NCBI GenBank assembly: GCA_023213395.1
Contig: CM041465.1
Location: forward strand, 249,557,741 to 249,621,740
Direction of reading: 5' to 3'
DNA: 64,000 bases
DNA from: Cycas panzhihuaensis
Lineage: Eukaryota > Plantae > Cycadophyta
This document shows positions 13,626 to 27,189 of the stretch, one piece after another. Under the pieces are notes generated by a model, which was not told the origin of the DNA, ran no database searches, and saw nothing but the letters and a program-made list of their open reading frames with translations. Made by a program: the position numbers and the translations under genes. Position 1 is the first letter of the stretch. Each line of letters opens with the position of its first letter.

Positions 13626-14039
13626 CATATGGTTGTATATCACATGATTGGAAACTTGAAACTCCAAAGAGGCGAAAAGTTTATATACTTCTTTTTTGGT
13701 TTCATTTTTTAAAGAAGGTACATATGTATTTTCTTCCATAACTTTTGTTATAGGTGGAAGGATTCAATTTTGTCCAAATCGTTGGAATATTGACTTAGGC
13801 ATCATTATTTTGAGTATTTTAGAGTTGATTTAATATAGTAATTTTTATTTGAAGTTGATATTTAATGATGGAGCCCTATAAATGAGTTATAGAAAATTAG
13901 ATAGATGTTCATATTTTCACTAGCGACTAGAGTAGTATGACATACAGAATGGTTGATAAAGATTGAAGTATATCTTTTTTTTTTTTTTCCATGTAGAAAA
14001 AATAGGATTTTATCTAATTGTTTTGTAATATTTGAAGGG

Positions 14040-14600
14040 ATAAGCTTACAAAGGGTCCTATAATAAACTTTTAAAATACACTAAAATTGGGAATTCTTCT
14101 CAAGAAGTTCTCGTAATCTTTGATAAACGATTTGGAAGGTGGTAGTATGAACATAAGGATGATTAGACAAATGAACCTTTTATAGAATTAAAGAACAAAT
14201 ATTGAGAGGAAAATGATGGAAAAACTTGGTAGGAAACCCTATCAATTCTATATGATCTAGTTTAGAAAATAATAGACTAACTACAAGCTTGTAAGGAGGA
14301 GACAATGAATTAGGTAGAAAGAAAAGAAGAACCAACTAAGAAGATTGAAGAACAATCTACTGAGGAGCCTATCGATGAACAATATGGTAAAAATGTAAGT
14401 GACACACATGAATCAAGCAAAAAAATATCCATCAATAAGAAGCTCAAAGAAGAAATTGAAATATAATATATTTTTGAAAAGGTACTTGCTTTAAATTTTA
14501 ATCCTGTCATGCACTTGTCCATTTCTTTTGGAAGTTTCCTTATTCATCTTGATTTCCTAATTCTATAGCCTTAAAAATTTCCTCACCCATTATATATCAA
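14040..14600 (+). pseudogene. Decayed unassigned ORF (charged region plus KVL..PVMHLSISFGS motif) related to the element F internal ORF
   Basis: Frame from 14281: LQACKEETMN*VERKEEPTKKIEEQ...KLKEEIEI*YIFEKVLALNFNPVMHLSISFGSFLIHLDF. Confidence 0.45.
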
Positions 14601-14739
14601 GATTATGTAACTGAATTAAAAATTGAAACCCTAGATTCTTAATTCTTAATAAGCAAATTTCAAGTTCCACTTGAGATATCATTTCGAGTATGATTCCCTA
14701 GGAAATCACTTTACATGCGGTTATGTACATGCAATTATG

Positions 14740-14960
14740 ATTGCGGTTACATACATTCTTACTTTTTTTTGGTTATAATGGTTTAATATCTAATTTGTCA
14801 CTTTAGTGGTTAGGGCAAATTTTTATTTTCATCTTTTTATTTTTAGCTTTTATATTTTAGTTTTTCTATTATTTATTAAATTATTATTATCATAATTATA
14901 TGCAATACTTGTTGTTTCTAAATTATTCATTTATGGAATTTATAATCTATTGAAATTTTT
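14740..14960 (+). mobile_element. Subterminal fragment of the foldback family
   Basis: gttataatggtttaatatctaatttgtcactt matches the spacer at 12147-12180. The remainder is the inverse of 13330-13480. Confidence 0.65.
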
Positions 14961-15484
14961 GTTATTTTTATCACATACCCACTCCATGGGCCATGGTTTC
15001 ATTTAGTATAATCTCAACTAGTGATGGTCTAGGGTTGAGCAATGAAATGACATTAGATAGTAAATATAGAGGATTGAAAGATAATACATAAGAGTAAGTG
15101 TTAGATGATTGAATCTTGAACGATTGGAGGGAATTTTGCCTCTGAGGCTAACATTCTAATATTACATAAAGAGATATACTTAATGAAACACTCTTCAAGT
15201 CCTCAATAAGGGAGTATGAAGGTAAAGCTCAATTGCCAATAGCAAGAACAAGGGATTTAAGAACCAAAGCTGGCGACTACAAGTAATAATTTACTATCTT
15301 TCAATTAATCACCATAATTGGTTTTCATCTTAATAATTTAAGAATAATCTATAAAAAAATTATATGGGTCCAAAGAGTTAAATTTTACCATATTAGTCTT
15401 TGGCATAAGTTTCTTCCCAATAGTCTTAGTAGATTCACTAGGTTTGAATATCTAGATCTCGATTAAGGAAAGGGCTACTAAATG

Positions 15485-17529
15485 TGTGACAAGATGATAG
15501 GGAATATGCAAAGAATGAATGGTAGTATGCATACATTTGATACATGTGTAGAATATTATGATCTATTCACCTGTGAGGGAATATATCTAGGTGGATGTCT
15601 TGCATGTAATTAACTTAATTGTTTTTGAAGAATTTACAACCCATCCATGAGTTGAGATTCATAACAAATCTAATTAGAGGATGAAGAATGAATTAAATGA
15701 ACAGGATATTCATGGTTGTCTAGAAATAGATTTGGAAGAGTCCTCAAGTCCTTATTAGGATTATGCATAAGTTCTTTTAGGACGTGGGCTAGTTTGACAT
15801 AATTCCTATTTATTTGGTCATAAAAAGCTCTATAATGATAGAACCAAATCTTTTCTCAGTAAATATTTTCTTAGGGGTTAATTTTAGTACATCCATTGTA
15901 ATAGTGGTGAGTGTTTTTTACTATGGTTATGTCATGGCCTCTTTGGACAAGTAGGCTCCAACGACACCAATCTAACAATCTAACCTTGTAAACCTCTAAG
16001 TAGAGGCTATTTCTAATATTATTACTAATCTAGCATATACTTTTGACCTCTAGATTATTATTTTATTAAGAAAGAGATATAACAATGGAACTGCAACTAT
16101 CCAAGAATTTACAAGCTCAAATAAGTATAAATGTAGAGTGAATTAATTGAATAAATACAAGATTAACATGTTGCACGTCATGCTAATATTCTAGAAAGCT
16201 ACAAACTCTAACATGTATTATGTATTTATATCATTCATAAACACTTCTCTTAAAACTAGAAGAACATGTATAATTTAGATTTTTTTTTTTTGATCAATTT
16301 GTACAAAAGTTCCCAATAAATATTTACATGTCTAGTATCTATCTTATATTTTTATAGCTTATTTACATCAAACGTAGATAGGTGACTTACCTTTTCAATA
16401 AAAGGAATTTACCATTCAATGTTTCAAAAGCTTGTTACAAGAATTGATCCCAAGTTAAGGCATGTGATATAAATGTTAGAGAATTTATAATAATGGCAAT
16501 AAGGCATCTAACCTTAGAAAGTACTAATTTAGAATATAGGACTTATACCACACACAAGTATCTTATTAGTAGATTCATACCACATAACTTCACACAGAAT
16601 ATTGGGTATATGTTTAGTGGCATTACAACATGCATGGCATACTTGCTATAAACTCAATCCAATGGCTTCACACCGTGTATGATGCACTAGATGTTAGATT
16701 TGTGGGATTATGTCACAATAGCACTTTTTGCACTTCTCTAGTTATAAATTCAGAAAAAATTGTTAAGACTTCCAACACTAGGAGACTATTCAACATTAGG
16801 CAGGATATACTCTCCTTAGTTGTATTAGAATGAATAATGCATTTGAAGTTTACTCTAATTAAAAAACATGCATACTCCAAAATTCTTGTAAATCTCATTC
16901 CACTCCTAACAAAAAAAAAAAAGCCAATTTAAAATAGTCCCCCTCCTTGTGTTTTTAATAAGTAGTTAATTAGTTTATCTTAAGGTCAAAGCAGTTAGAG
17001 GAAGTTAGAATGGTTGAGGAATATTTAAGTTGAATTCATTTTTTATACCTATATTAGAAGGAATATTTTTCATATATATGTGTGAGCTATAATTTTGTGA
17101 GGCCATCTACTTTAGTAACTAAGTGGCTTATTAAATATAAAGAATTTAGTACAAAGGTAATGGCTTATGGAATTTTCCCCTAAGAATTCTTTTTTCATTT
17201 ATGTCATGTGCTCCCTTCTAATTTTTATTTTTTAAAAGTAATTCGACCTACTTTTATTATTTGTGGATATATAATTTGCATAATTTATATAAATTTGAGT
17301 AATTAGCTGATAAAATATCTTCACATATATCACACACATAGAGTCCCTTAGCATAAAATATTATAAGCATGAAATATAAAATGTATCAAGGTGCATCCCA
17401 CACCTGTTGACACATTGAGAAACTCAGACTTTAGAATAAGGGATATATTTTTATTAGAATATTAGATAAAACTTAAAAAAATAAAATTTACATTGATGAA
17501 GATATATTGGATATCTGTGAGGTGTTACA
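15485..17529 (-). repeat. 3' LTR of the Tekay/Del remnant
   Basis: The right end ggtgttaca is next to the PPT. ~15950-16600 is homologous to 57927-58610. The left end (tgtgaca at 15485) is a guess. Confidence 0.55.
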
Positions 17530-19105
17530 TCCACTCTCCCTCAAAAGGAGCATTATTCTTAATGAAGTCATACTCTACAAATAGATATGGGTATTATTGT
17601 TGCATAATTTTTGTGAGTTTTTATATAGCCTCATAGGGCTCTAAGTACTTCTGATGGACTTTTACCTTCTCTATGACTCAATTTGATATCATCTTTTTTT
17701 GGGTCCAAAATTTAAATGGGTTATGTTTAACACTCTAGCTTTAGTTCTCCTTAGATGATAGATTAATCAATAATATGATTATAAGAGTAGCTTGTGAATT
17801 TCTCTTACCTCTTGTCTTACGAGGGATGGGAAACTTATGTGCTATCTCCATTTGTGATTTTTTGCAACTTAACCCTTGTAACTTTATTTGGTAACTAATC
17901 ACTCACTAATCAATTCAAACCAATGTAACTCTAGAAACAAGGTGTATACTATTGAGCCTCTTAAGTTCATTACAATAAGGTAACATGTATAATGTGTTTC
18001 ATACCTTTTGTCATACTGAGTTATCAAGTTTCTAACTAAAAACAATATCGACTGGACTCCTCAACAATTGAACCTGGTTTTATAGATAACCTATAATTGT
18101 TATTATGAATCAATATCAATTAATCAACATATAAAACCTCTCATCATCTTAAATTTTGTGGGTAAATTATCATTCAAACTCTCAAATGACATTAAATTCA
18201 AACATATCAGATGGTGTATTTTTATGTTCTTCATTTATTTATTCACTTAACCAAAATCAAGTGATTATTTTGTCTTTTATGCAATTAAATCATGTACTAA
18301 ACCAATTGATTTTATAAACTTTATATCGAATTCATTTAATTAGTACTGTAGTCACCATATTAGATGTATCAAATGTATTTGGAGGATTTCAATAATGTGC
18401 AACATGTATTTGTCTCTCATCCATAATTAAATAGGTTTTCATTTGCCTCACATCTTAGGTTTTGAGCTATAATGTATAATAAATGAGCCTTAAATTATAT
18501 TTTTTTATTAATTTTCAACCAAATTTGTATATAAATTTATCAATGTGCATTTATTTGTATCAACATTTGCTTAGGAGCCTTTAAAATAATTTAAAAAAAA
18601 GTTAAAACATGTCTCAAACATTTCAAAATATAGTCACACTACTTCTTACATGATTCTATTTCATATGTTATTTGCTTTATGCATAGGTTGCATAAGGATA
18701 AAATGTGTATATTTTATCAATTTATCAACCATTACTATAATGGAGTTATTTTTTTCATGTTCCTTGGTAAACCTCTAATGAAAGCAATGAAGATGGTTTT
18801 CCATTTCTATTATAGAATCTCTAATGATTTAAGATGTTCAATAGGGTGTTGATGTTTTGCTTTAACATTTTGACATTGTAAGTAACAAGAAATATAATCC
18901 ATTATATCTTTTTTCACCCTTTGCTAAGTATAATTTCTCTACAATTACATGAGTTTTTTAATATCCTAGATATCCTATATATAGAACATCATGGATTTCT
19001 TTTATGATCAAATTTTATGTTGCAACATCATTTAGAACATAAATATGATTTTGAATTTTAAAAAATCAATCTTTTAATAATTCAAAATTAGCATACTTAG
19101 TTATT

Positions 19106-19711
19106 TGTTAGATATTGTGACAACAATATTTTGGGATTAAAATTTTGGTTTATTTTCGGTGCGATTTCTCTCCTAATTTTTCTCGGGGGGTTCCATATGG
19201 AGCCCCCTATAAAGTGGCGTGGAATGCCTCCGGCTAAGAGGGGGTTCGGAGGTGATAGCCCCGGACCAAAAAAATTAGCCCTGTAAACCTTATTAAATTG
19301 TAAAGAGAATCAAGGTCGTTCGATATAAATACCCTAGATTCTACGGCCCCTCTCATGTAGCCCATTTTAGGGATTTTTCTTATAATGTTGAATGTAATAT
19401 AATATACTGGGATGAGGGCGGCGACTGGTTGTTGTTCCTGAGAGCACTCTGCTATTGAGATGTACTATTTCTCCATTCTACAACAATAAATATCAATACA
19501 TTTCCTGTGTAGATGTTTCCCTAGCACACTGTTAGAGTTTTACCACGTTATATCGGGTGTATATGTAATGTTTAACTTGTATACTGATGTTATTGCATTA
19601 TCTCTAATTTCTAGAACTTGCATGTTAATTCTTAGTTTCGATTTCTGTAACTAGTTGCAAAATAGTTTAGATCTTGTGGCGGTTTAAGGTTTGGGACTTA
19701 TATTCTCAACA
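19106..19711 (+). repeat. Copia A 5' LTR
   Basis: tgttagatattgtgac...tattctcaaca; TATA-like tataaata at ~19324. Confidence 0.95.
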
Positions 19712-19713
19712 AG

Positions 19714-19726
19714 TGGTATCAGAGCC
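19714..19726 (+). promoter_or_regulatory. PBS complementary to initiator tRNA-Met
   Basis: tggtatcagagcc, 2 nt after the LTR. Confidence 0.95.
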
Positions 19727-19781
19727 ACTTTTATTTTGCAACGAATTTGTGAAGGTTTTGGTGTCGGCTTTTCTACACCAA

Positions 19782-22700
19782 ATGGCGAAACTAGTAACTA
19801 CAAAGTTCAAGGTGGAGAAATTCAATGGCAAGAACAACTTGGAGTTGTAGAGGCTAAAAGCACACGATGTTCTTGTACAGCAGGGTTTGTACAAAGCTCT
19901 TGCAAGAAAATCGAAGAAACCCGTAGGGATGGACGATGATGATTGGGATGACTTAGACAAAAAGTCACTTAGTACAATACGATTATGCTTGGCAGATGAA
20001 GTCTTGTTTAACATCGTAGGAGAAGAGATAGTAGCAGGATTATGGACCCGGTTGGAAGGCCTGTATATGACCAAATCAGTAACGAATCGAATCTACCTGA
20101 AGAGGCAACTATACTCGTTATGGATGAAGGAAGGTACAAAAATCGCTGACCATTTAAATGTTTTCAATACTCTTATTTGTTAGTTGACTAGTATCGATAT
20201 TAAAATTGAGGATGAGGATAAGGCTGTTACCTTGTTATGCTCATTGCTCAAATCTTGGGATAATATTGTCACCTCAATTAATTTTAGCACTACAGATGTA
20301 TTGGATTATGATTCTGTTGTGAGTACTTTGCTAATGGAAGAAGTGCAGAGGAAATCTAGTTTTGAAACCTCCATACCAGAAGCCATGACAGTAAGGGGTA
20401 GAATGTTTAAGAGAGGACAAAACTCCAGGGATACATCGAGGTCCAAGTCAAAGAGCAAAAAGAGTAAGCTTATGTATTGGCATTGTAATAAGACCGATCA
20501 CCTCAACAAAGATTGTTACAAAAGGAAGGAGTTCCAGAAAAAGGAAGATCCTGCCAAGGAGGTGAATTAGGTGGAGTCAAATCAAGGTATGGATGATGAT
20601 GTCTTGGTCGCTTGTAATGTTTCTCATTATCACCATGACTGGTTATTAGATTCAGGTGCTTCGCACCACATGTGTCCACACAAGAGTTGGTTCTCATCAT
20701 ACCAGCCTCTGGATGGTGGTGATGTGCTTATGGGAAATGAAGTTTCTTGTAAGACAGTGGGCATTACTTAAGATGTTTGATAGAGTAGTCAGAACATTAA
20801 TTGAGGTTAAACATGTACTTGATTTGAAAAAGGAATCTGATTTCCTTGGGTGAATTAGATTCAGGTGGTTTTAAGCATACAAGTCATGAAGGAGTCCTAA
20901 TAGTGTCAAAGGGCGCCTTGGTTTTTATGAAAGCCTTTAAGAAATGAAATCTTTACATTTTAGTGAGAAGTATATATGTCAGCCAAGCAGCTACAACATC
21001 AAAGACTGCAGAAGATCTAGCTCAGTTATGGCATCAGAGACTTGGGCACATGAGTGAGAAAGGACTTAAGGTGCTGATAAACCGTAAGTTGCTTCCTAAC
21101 TTACAACTTTTAGATTTGGCTTTCTGTGAACATTGTATTTTTGGAAAGCAATGTAGACTCAAGTTTAAAGTAGGGAGTCACACTAGTAAAGGTGTTCTAG
21201 ATTACATACGTTCAGATGTATGGGGACCAGCCCCTAAAATATCTTATGGAGGGTCATTGTATAATGTCACATTTATAGATGATTACTCTAGGAAGGTATG
21301 GGTCTATTTTTTGAAAAGAAAATTTGAAGTTTTCAGTGTGTTTAAGTAGTTCAAGGCTTTAGTTGAGAACAGTACTAGTAAGCCAATCAAATGTTTAAGA
21401 ACTAACAATGGAGGTGAGTTCAACTCCTTGGAGTTTGAGAACTATTGTAGAGAAGCTGGGATCGAAAGACACAAAACTACTAACTATACTCTGCAGCAAA
21501 ATGGCATTGATGAGCGCATGAATATGACACTCTTAGAAAGAGCAAGAAGCATGCTAAGTAATGCAGGAGTGGCATGTGGTCAGGGGCGTGTCGCTCAAAC
21601 AACTTGCTATCTGGTAAACAGGTCACCATCACTTGCAATTGATTGCAAGATTCCTGAAGAGGTATGGATTGGACATCCATGTGATTATTCAAATTTAAAA
21701 GTTTTTGGTTATGATGCTTATGCCTGGATTGACAAAAGTAAATGTTCAAAGTTAGACCCAAAATCCAAGAGATATATCTTTATTGGTTATGGTGATAAGG
21801 ATGGTGTGAAGGGATACAGGTTATGGGATCCTACTGCCCACAAATTCACCATTAACAGAGATGTTATATTTGATGAATCTCCCCTTGTAAAATCATACAA
21901 TGTAGAAGCTGAAATGAAATGTATGAAGTCAACATCAACAAGTCAAGTTTGAAATGCAGCCATCTGTGGAATTAGAAGAGCATGAAGATCTTTTTGAAGA
22001 TGAATCAGCAGCAGATTCACAGGAGTATGTGCATACTCCTCTGTCAACAGTTAGAATATCTACACGAGTTAGTCATCCACTTGACAGGTACAACCCTTCT
22101 ATTTCTATTGCTTTGGTTTCTAATGATGGTGAGCCCACATGTTATCAAGAAGCAGTAGATGATATCCATGGAGAGAAGTGGATAAGGGCTATGCAGGAAG
22201 AGATAGATGCTTTGAAGAAAAATAATTTATGGGACTTGGTAGAACTTCCACATGGCAGGAAGACTGTTGGTTGCAGTTGAGTTTTCAAAAAGAAAACAGA
22301 TGTTGATGGAAATGTTGATAAATACAGGGCAAGAGTGGTGGCTAAAGGTTTTGCACAGAAAGCAGGTATTGACTTTCATGAGATCTTTTCACCAGTTGTC
22401 AAACTTGTTTCGATTCGAGTACTATTAGCATTGGTAGCTTCTCTCGATTTAGAGTTGGAGGAGTTAGATGTAAAAACAGCTTTTCTACATGGAGATTTAG
22501 ATGAGGAGATTTATATGGATCAACCAGAAGGGTTTATACAAGATGGCAAGAAAATACTTGTTTGCAGGCTCAGGAAATCATTGTATGGCCTGAAGTAATC
22601 ACCTGTGCAAAGGGTACAAGAAGTTTGATGCTTTCATGGAGAGCCAAAATTTCAAAAGAAGTGAGTATGATCATTGTATTTACTTTAAATTTATGGGCAA

Positions 22701-23690
22701 TGGCTTATTCATTATCTTGGTATTATATGTTGATGACATGCTGGTTGCAAGCAAGAGTATGGAAGAAATCAATAAGCTAAAGGCTCAATTAGCTAGGACT
22801 TTTAATATGAAGGATCTAGGAGCTGCAAAACAAATCTTAGGCATCGAGATACAAAGAGACAGGAAAAATGGTAAGTTATGGTTATCACAACAGAAATATG
22901 TGGAGAAGGTGCTAACCAGGTTTGGTATGGCAAATGTGAAACCAACGAGTATCCCATTGGCTTCCCACTTCAAGCTTTCTTCGAATACGAGTCCTAGTAG
23001 TGAAGAAGAAAAGGCGTATATGTCTCGTGTGCCTTATGCGGTCTGGTAGGAAGTTTGATGTATGCCATGGTATGTACAAGACTTGATATTTCACATGTAG
23101 TCGGTGTAGTGAGCATGTTTATGGCAAATCTAGGAAAGGAACATTGGGCTGCAGTGAAATGTGTGCTTCGGTATTTGAGAGGCACGAGCGATTACTGCAT
23201 CACCTTTGGAGGTACAGGTAATCAGGTTTGTGGATATGTCAATTCAGACTTTGCAGGAGGTTTAGACAAAAGAAGATCTACTTCAGGTTATGTTTTTACT
23301 CTTACAAATGGTCCAGTTAGTTGGATGTCCAAATTGCAGAGCATAATTACACTGTCAACTACGAAAGCTGAATATGTTGCTGCAACACATGCTTGTAAAG
23401 AAGCAATCTAGTTACAGGGTCTATTGGTTGAGCTTGGAAGGAGACAGGAAAATGTAAAGGTATCTTGTGACAGTCAAAGTGCCATTTACTTAGCCAAGAA
23501 TCCGGCTTATCAGAGTAAAACAAAGCATATTGCTCTGAAGTACCATTTTGTTAGGCAAGTTATGGAAGCAGGTGGAGTGGCACTTGAGAAGATTCACACC
23601 AATCAGAATTGTGTTGATATATTCACAAAACTAGTACCATTAGAGAAGTTCAAATGGTGTTTGACTTCTCTTGGCTTGCAAATAAGATGA
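19782..23690 (+). pseudogene. Copia gag-pol polyprotein with stops and frameshifts
   Basis: MAKLVTTKFKVEKFNGKNN; WLLDSGASHHM (PR); LWHQRLGHMSEKG (GAG-pre-integrase); SDVWGP/FIDDYSRK (INT); LYVDDML (RT); CDSQSAI...KTKHI (RNaseH). Confidence 0.95.
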
Positions 23691-23738
23691 TGAAGGGTCC
23701 AGGAAATGTACCGGAAAAATTGTTGTCAAGGTGGAGAT

Positions 23739-24362
23739 TGTTGGATATTGTGACAACAAGATTTTGGGGTTAAAATTTTAGTGTGTTTTCGGCGCGGTTT
23801 CCCCCCCTAATCTTTCTCGGGGGGTTCCATATGGAGCCCCCCCTTGGGCGTAGAACGCCCCGGCTAAGAGGGGGTTCGGGGGCGATAGCCCCTGACCAAA
23901 AAAATTAGCCATGTAAACCTTATTAAATTGTAAAGAGAATCAGGGTCGTTTGATATAAATACCCTAGATTCTACGGATGAGATTCATGTCTTGGATGTCC
24001 CTCTCATGTAGCCCGTTTTAGGGTTTTTTCTTATAATGTTGAATGTAATGTAATGTACTGGGATGAGGGCGACGACTGGCTGTTGTTCTTGAGAGCACTC
24101 TACTACTGAGATGTACTGTTTCTCCATTCTATAGCAATAAAGATCGATACCTTTCCTGTGTGGATGTTTCCCTAGCACACTGCTAGGGTTTTACCATGTT
24201 ATATCAGGTGCATATGTGATGTTTAGCTTGTATACTGATGTTATTGCATTATCTCTGATTTTTAGAACTTGCATGTTAATTCTTAGTTTCAATTCCTGTA
24301 ACTAATTGCAAAATAGTTTAGATCTTGTGGTGGTTTAAGGTTTAGGACCTGTATTCTCAACA
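23739..24362 (+). repeat. Copia A 3' LTR
   Basis: Follows PPT aaggtggaga (23728-23737). It has ~20 extra bp (atgagattcatgtcttggatg) relative to the 5' LTR. Confidence 0.95.
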
Positions 24363-25796
24363 TTATTATCCTTGTATCTATTTACTTATTGATATCTTGC
24401 TTATCATGAAAGTCTTTCATTTATTTATATAATTCATTATATAGTAGTTTCTATTTTATAGTCGAATTTAAGTTTGATTTCATAATGCTAATAGAAGTGA
24501 TATGCCTTTTTTGACCAAGTGTATCTACAACTTTATTCTCTTCATTTTTGATATGTTTTATGTCAAAGTCATATTTTTATAAAAATTACATCCATTTTAT
24601 TTTTCTTGCATTTAATTAAGTCTATATAAAAACATGCTTTAAACTATTATGGTCCATTTTCAACTCAAAAAATTTTAAAAAGTTAATGTTTTTATATCTT
24701 CAAAGTATACACAACTACAAGTTATGTTGGGTAGTTCATCTTATAGTCTTTTACTTTTTATGACTCATGGGAAATCACTTGCATCAATGCTTTATCAATC
24801 CCTTCTATGTAAGCATAAGTGTATATTAAATATCTGTATTTTAATTTGGTAAAATAAGAATGGGTGTTGAAGTAACTTCTTTAGTAACTAAATTCTTTTT
24901 TTAAAATTTATTGGTCCACTTAGATTTTGCTTCTTTCTTCTACAAGGATGTAATTGTGTATGTAATCTTCAAGAATCCTTTCACCTAACATCAATAATAG
25001 TTTTTAACTTTAGAGATATTTTTAGGTGTAGATCACTCATGATAGCTTTAATCATTTGTGGATCAATATAGATGTCTTCTTAAGATATGATATGATCTAA
25101 TGATTGAATTTTTCTTCTAATGAAACTTGTTTTTTGTTAAATTTAACTTGAAGCTTATTCTCCTTCAAGAGTTATAACACCTTTCTTAAGTATTTTTCAT
25201 GCCTTTTTTAGACTTGGAATAGATCAATATATCATCAAAAAAAGGCTATGACTAACATGTCTAAGTATTGTGAAAACACATTATTTATTATGTACATAAA
25301 GGTGGTTGGAGTATTTATTAGGCCAAATGGAAATGTAATAAAATTATAGCACCTATCTTTAATTAGAAAAGTTGTTTTAAAAATATCTATCATTATTCTA
25401 TATCTAATGGTAACTTAATCTTAGGTCAATCTTAGAAAATACCTTTGCTTCCTTCATTTAAGTAAGTGGTCAATCCTTGAAAGGTTATTTATTTTTTTAT
25501 TATTATCTTATTCAATTATTTATAGTTGATGCATAATCATAAGATTTCATTATTCTTTTTTATAAATAAGTGCTCCCAATGTAAACATACTAAGTTAAAT
25601 GAAAGTCTTATCTAGTAAATCTTGTAATTAAATTTTTTATTTTAACAATTCATATGTAGACATATGATATAGCATTTTGAAATGGGTTATACTCTTAAAA
25701 TTAGTTTAATTACATAGTCCACTTCTACTCATCAAGGAAAAATTTGTTTGGAATATAATTGTGGTGATTTTTAATAAAATATATTTATCCTCAAAT

Positions 25797-25798
<2 letters not shown>

Positions 25799-25841
<43 letters not shown>
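25799..25841. repeat. (TA)n microsatellite
   Basis: Perfect AT run. Confidence 0.98.
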
Positions 25842-25844
<3 letters not shown>

Positions 25845-26299
25845 TTAGACAAATTTTACTAAGCCTTGGTTATATATTTAAACTTTATTGTAACTTTACT
25901 TTTTTCTTTTATAAAATCTCTTAGAATAATTTAAAATTTGGGATCCAACTCTTTAGGCTCAAGTTTGACTTCAAAGTTGTTGAATTATAGTCTAGGATCT
26001 AAACCTATTAACATCCAATCTTGGACTTTGATTGTTACTAAAGTCTACAAAAAAAGATGTTGAGTTAATTTGTGAAGCATACCATGCCATGGTTTTTTGG
26101 CTCATATAACATTAAGATCCACAAGATTATTCAAAATATTAAAATGTTCAATAGAATCAGAGATGAATTTGACAACATAGATTAGTAATTAGAATCTAGG
26201 CTCAAAATCTTATTATTTAAGTTCAAAGCTTATTACTTATTTTACTAAGTTCAAAACCTTGGGCTTTAATACTAATATGCCATGACATAACTTCATGCT

Positions 26300-26810
26300 T
26301 ATTAGAATATTTGAGTGTTGAAGTGTTGAAATATTAAAATTCACAAATATTGATGAGTAATGTTTAATTAATGGTTAAAAGGTAAAAGTTATTATTGGAT
26401 GATGTGAGAAGTCCCACACACATGATCAGATTAGTTGATATAACAGTAAAACATGATTGGTTCATAATGATGTTATATATCTTTATAAGGGCAATGTTTA
26501 TTGTAAAGAAAATAAAATCTTCTAGTCTTCTTTATGAGGATACGATGACTCACTATATGCATATTTAATAATTCTTTTTAATATGAGATTTCATTAATAT
26601 TTAGAGGTATTTTTTCCTTTTGTAGGTTTTCCATATAGTATACATATGTTATTTGTATTATTGTGTCTTATGTCTTTATCTTTTTCATTATTATGTTCAT
26701 GATATATTTAATTCATCATATGAATATATTATGTTCTGTTTGATTTCACATTTTCATGTAAGTTGTTACAGATAATACATGGTATCAATATTGTGTCAAA
26801 AATTCTAATA
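26300..26810 (+). repeat. Element B 5' LTR
   Basis: tattagaatatttgagtgttgaa...gtcccacac...aattctaata aligns with 57403-57926. Confidence 0.75.
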
Positions 26811-27148
26811 TGGGGCTAGAGCCACATATGATAGCCAAGTTGTGAAGGAAGAGATCCTATAGTAGAAGTGAAGTAGCTCTTAGTAAGAGTTGATTAGAGT
26901 TGTATAGCATAAGTAGAAATAACTTGAAAGAGTAGTGATAGAGTCGATGATTAAGCTAGTGATAGAGCCAATATGAGCCAGTATGCATGTTGATTTGAAG
27001 CTAAAAATAGGATATGTCAATAAAATGTAACCAAGATTAGGGCATGATAAAATTGATGAGAGTCACATACAAGATTGAAGAAGAGGCATCAAACTAACAT
27101 GTAATATTATTTATTGTCTATTGTGGACATTTGTTTCATGCATGTTGT

Positions 27149-27149
<1 letters not shown>

Positions 27150-27187
<38 letters not shown>
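27150..27187. repeat. (CA)n microsatellite
   Basis: Perfect CA run. Confidence 0.98.

Positions 27188-27189
<2 letters not shown>

Larger units (their letters stand above)
19106..24362 (+). mobile_element. Full-length Ty1/copia A (Tork/Tnt1-like), inactivated
   Basis: TG...CA LTR pair, perfect 5-bp TSD TTATT (19101-19105 / 24363-24367), PBS tRNA-Met, PPT, and gag-PR-INT-RT-RH domain order. Confidence 0.97.
15485..26299 (-). mobile_element. Old Tekay/Del-type Ty3/gypsy chromovirus remnant (PR-RT-RH-INT-chromodomain, PPT, long 3' LTR), split by Copia A
   Basis: Minus strand shows RT (AKVFSKIDL; FPFGLINTPTTFM...FFDDILIYSKS, ~25200-25460), integrase (IKEIHDV...CQNVKAKHQHP...FIRGLP, ~18700-19020) and a chromodomain (VIEKVKV...YPYLF, ~17580-17720). 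PPT gagggagagtgga is followed by LTR start tgtaacacc at 17529. The left edge is uncertain. Confidence 0.8.
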
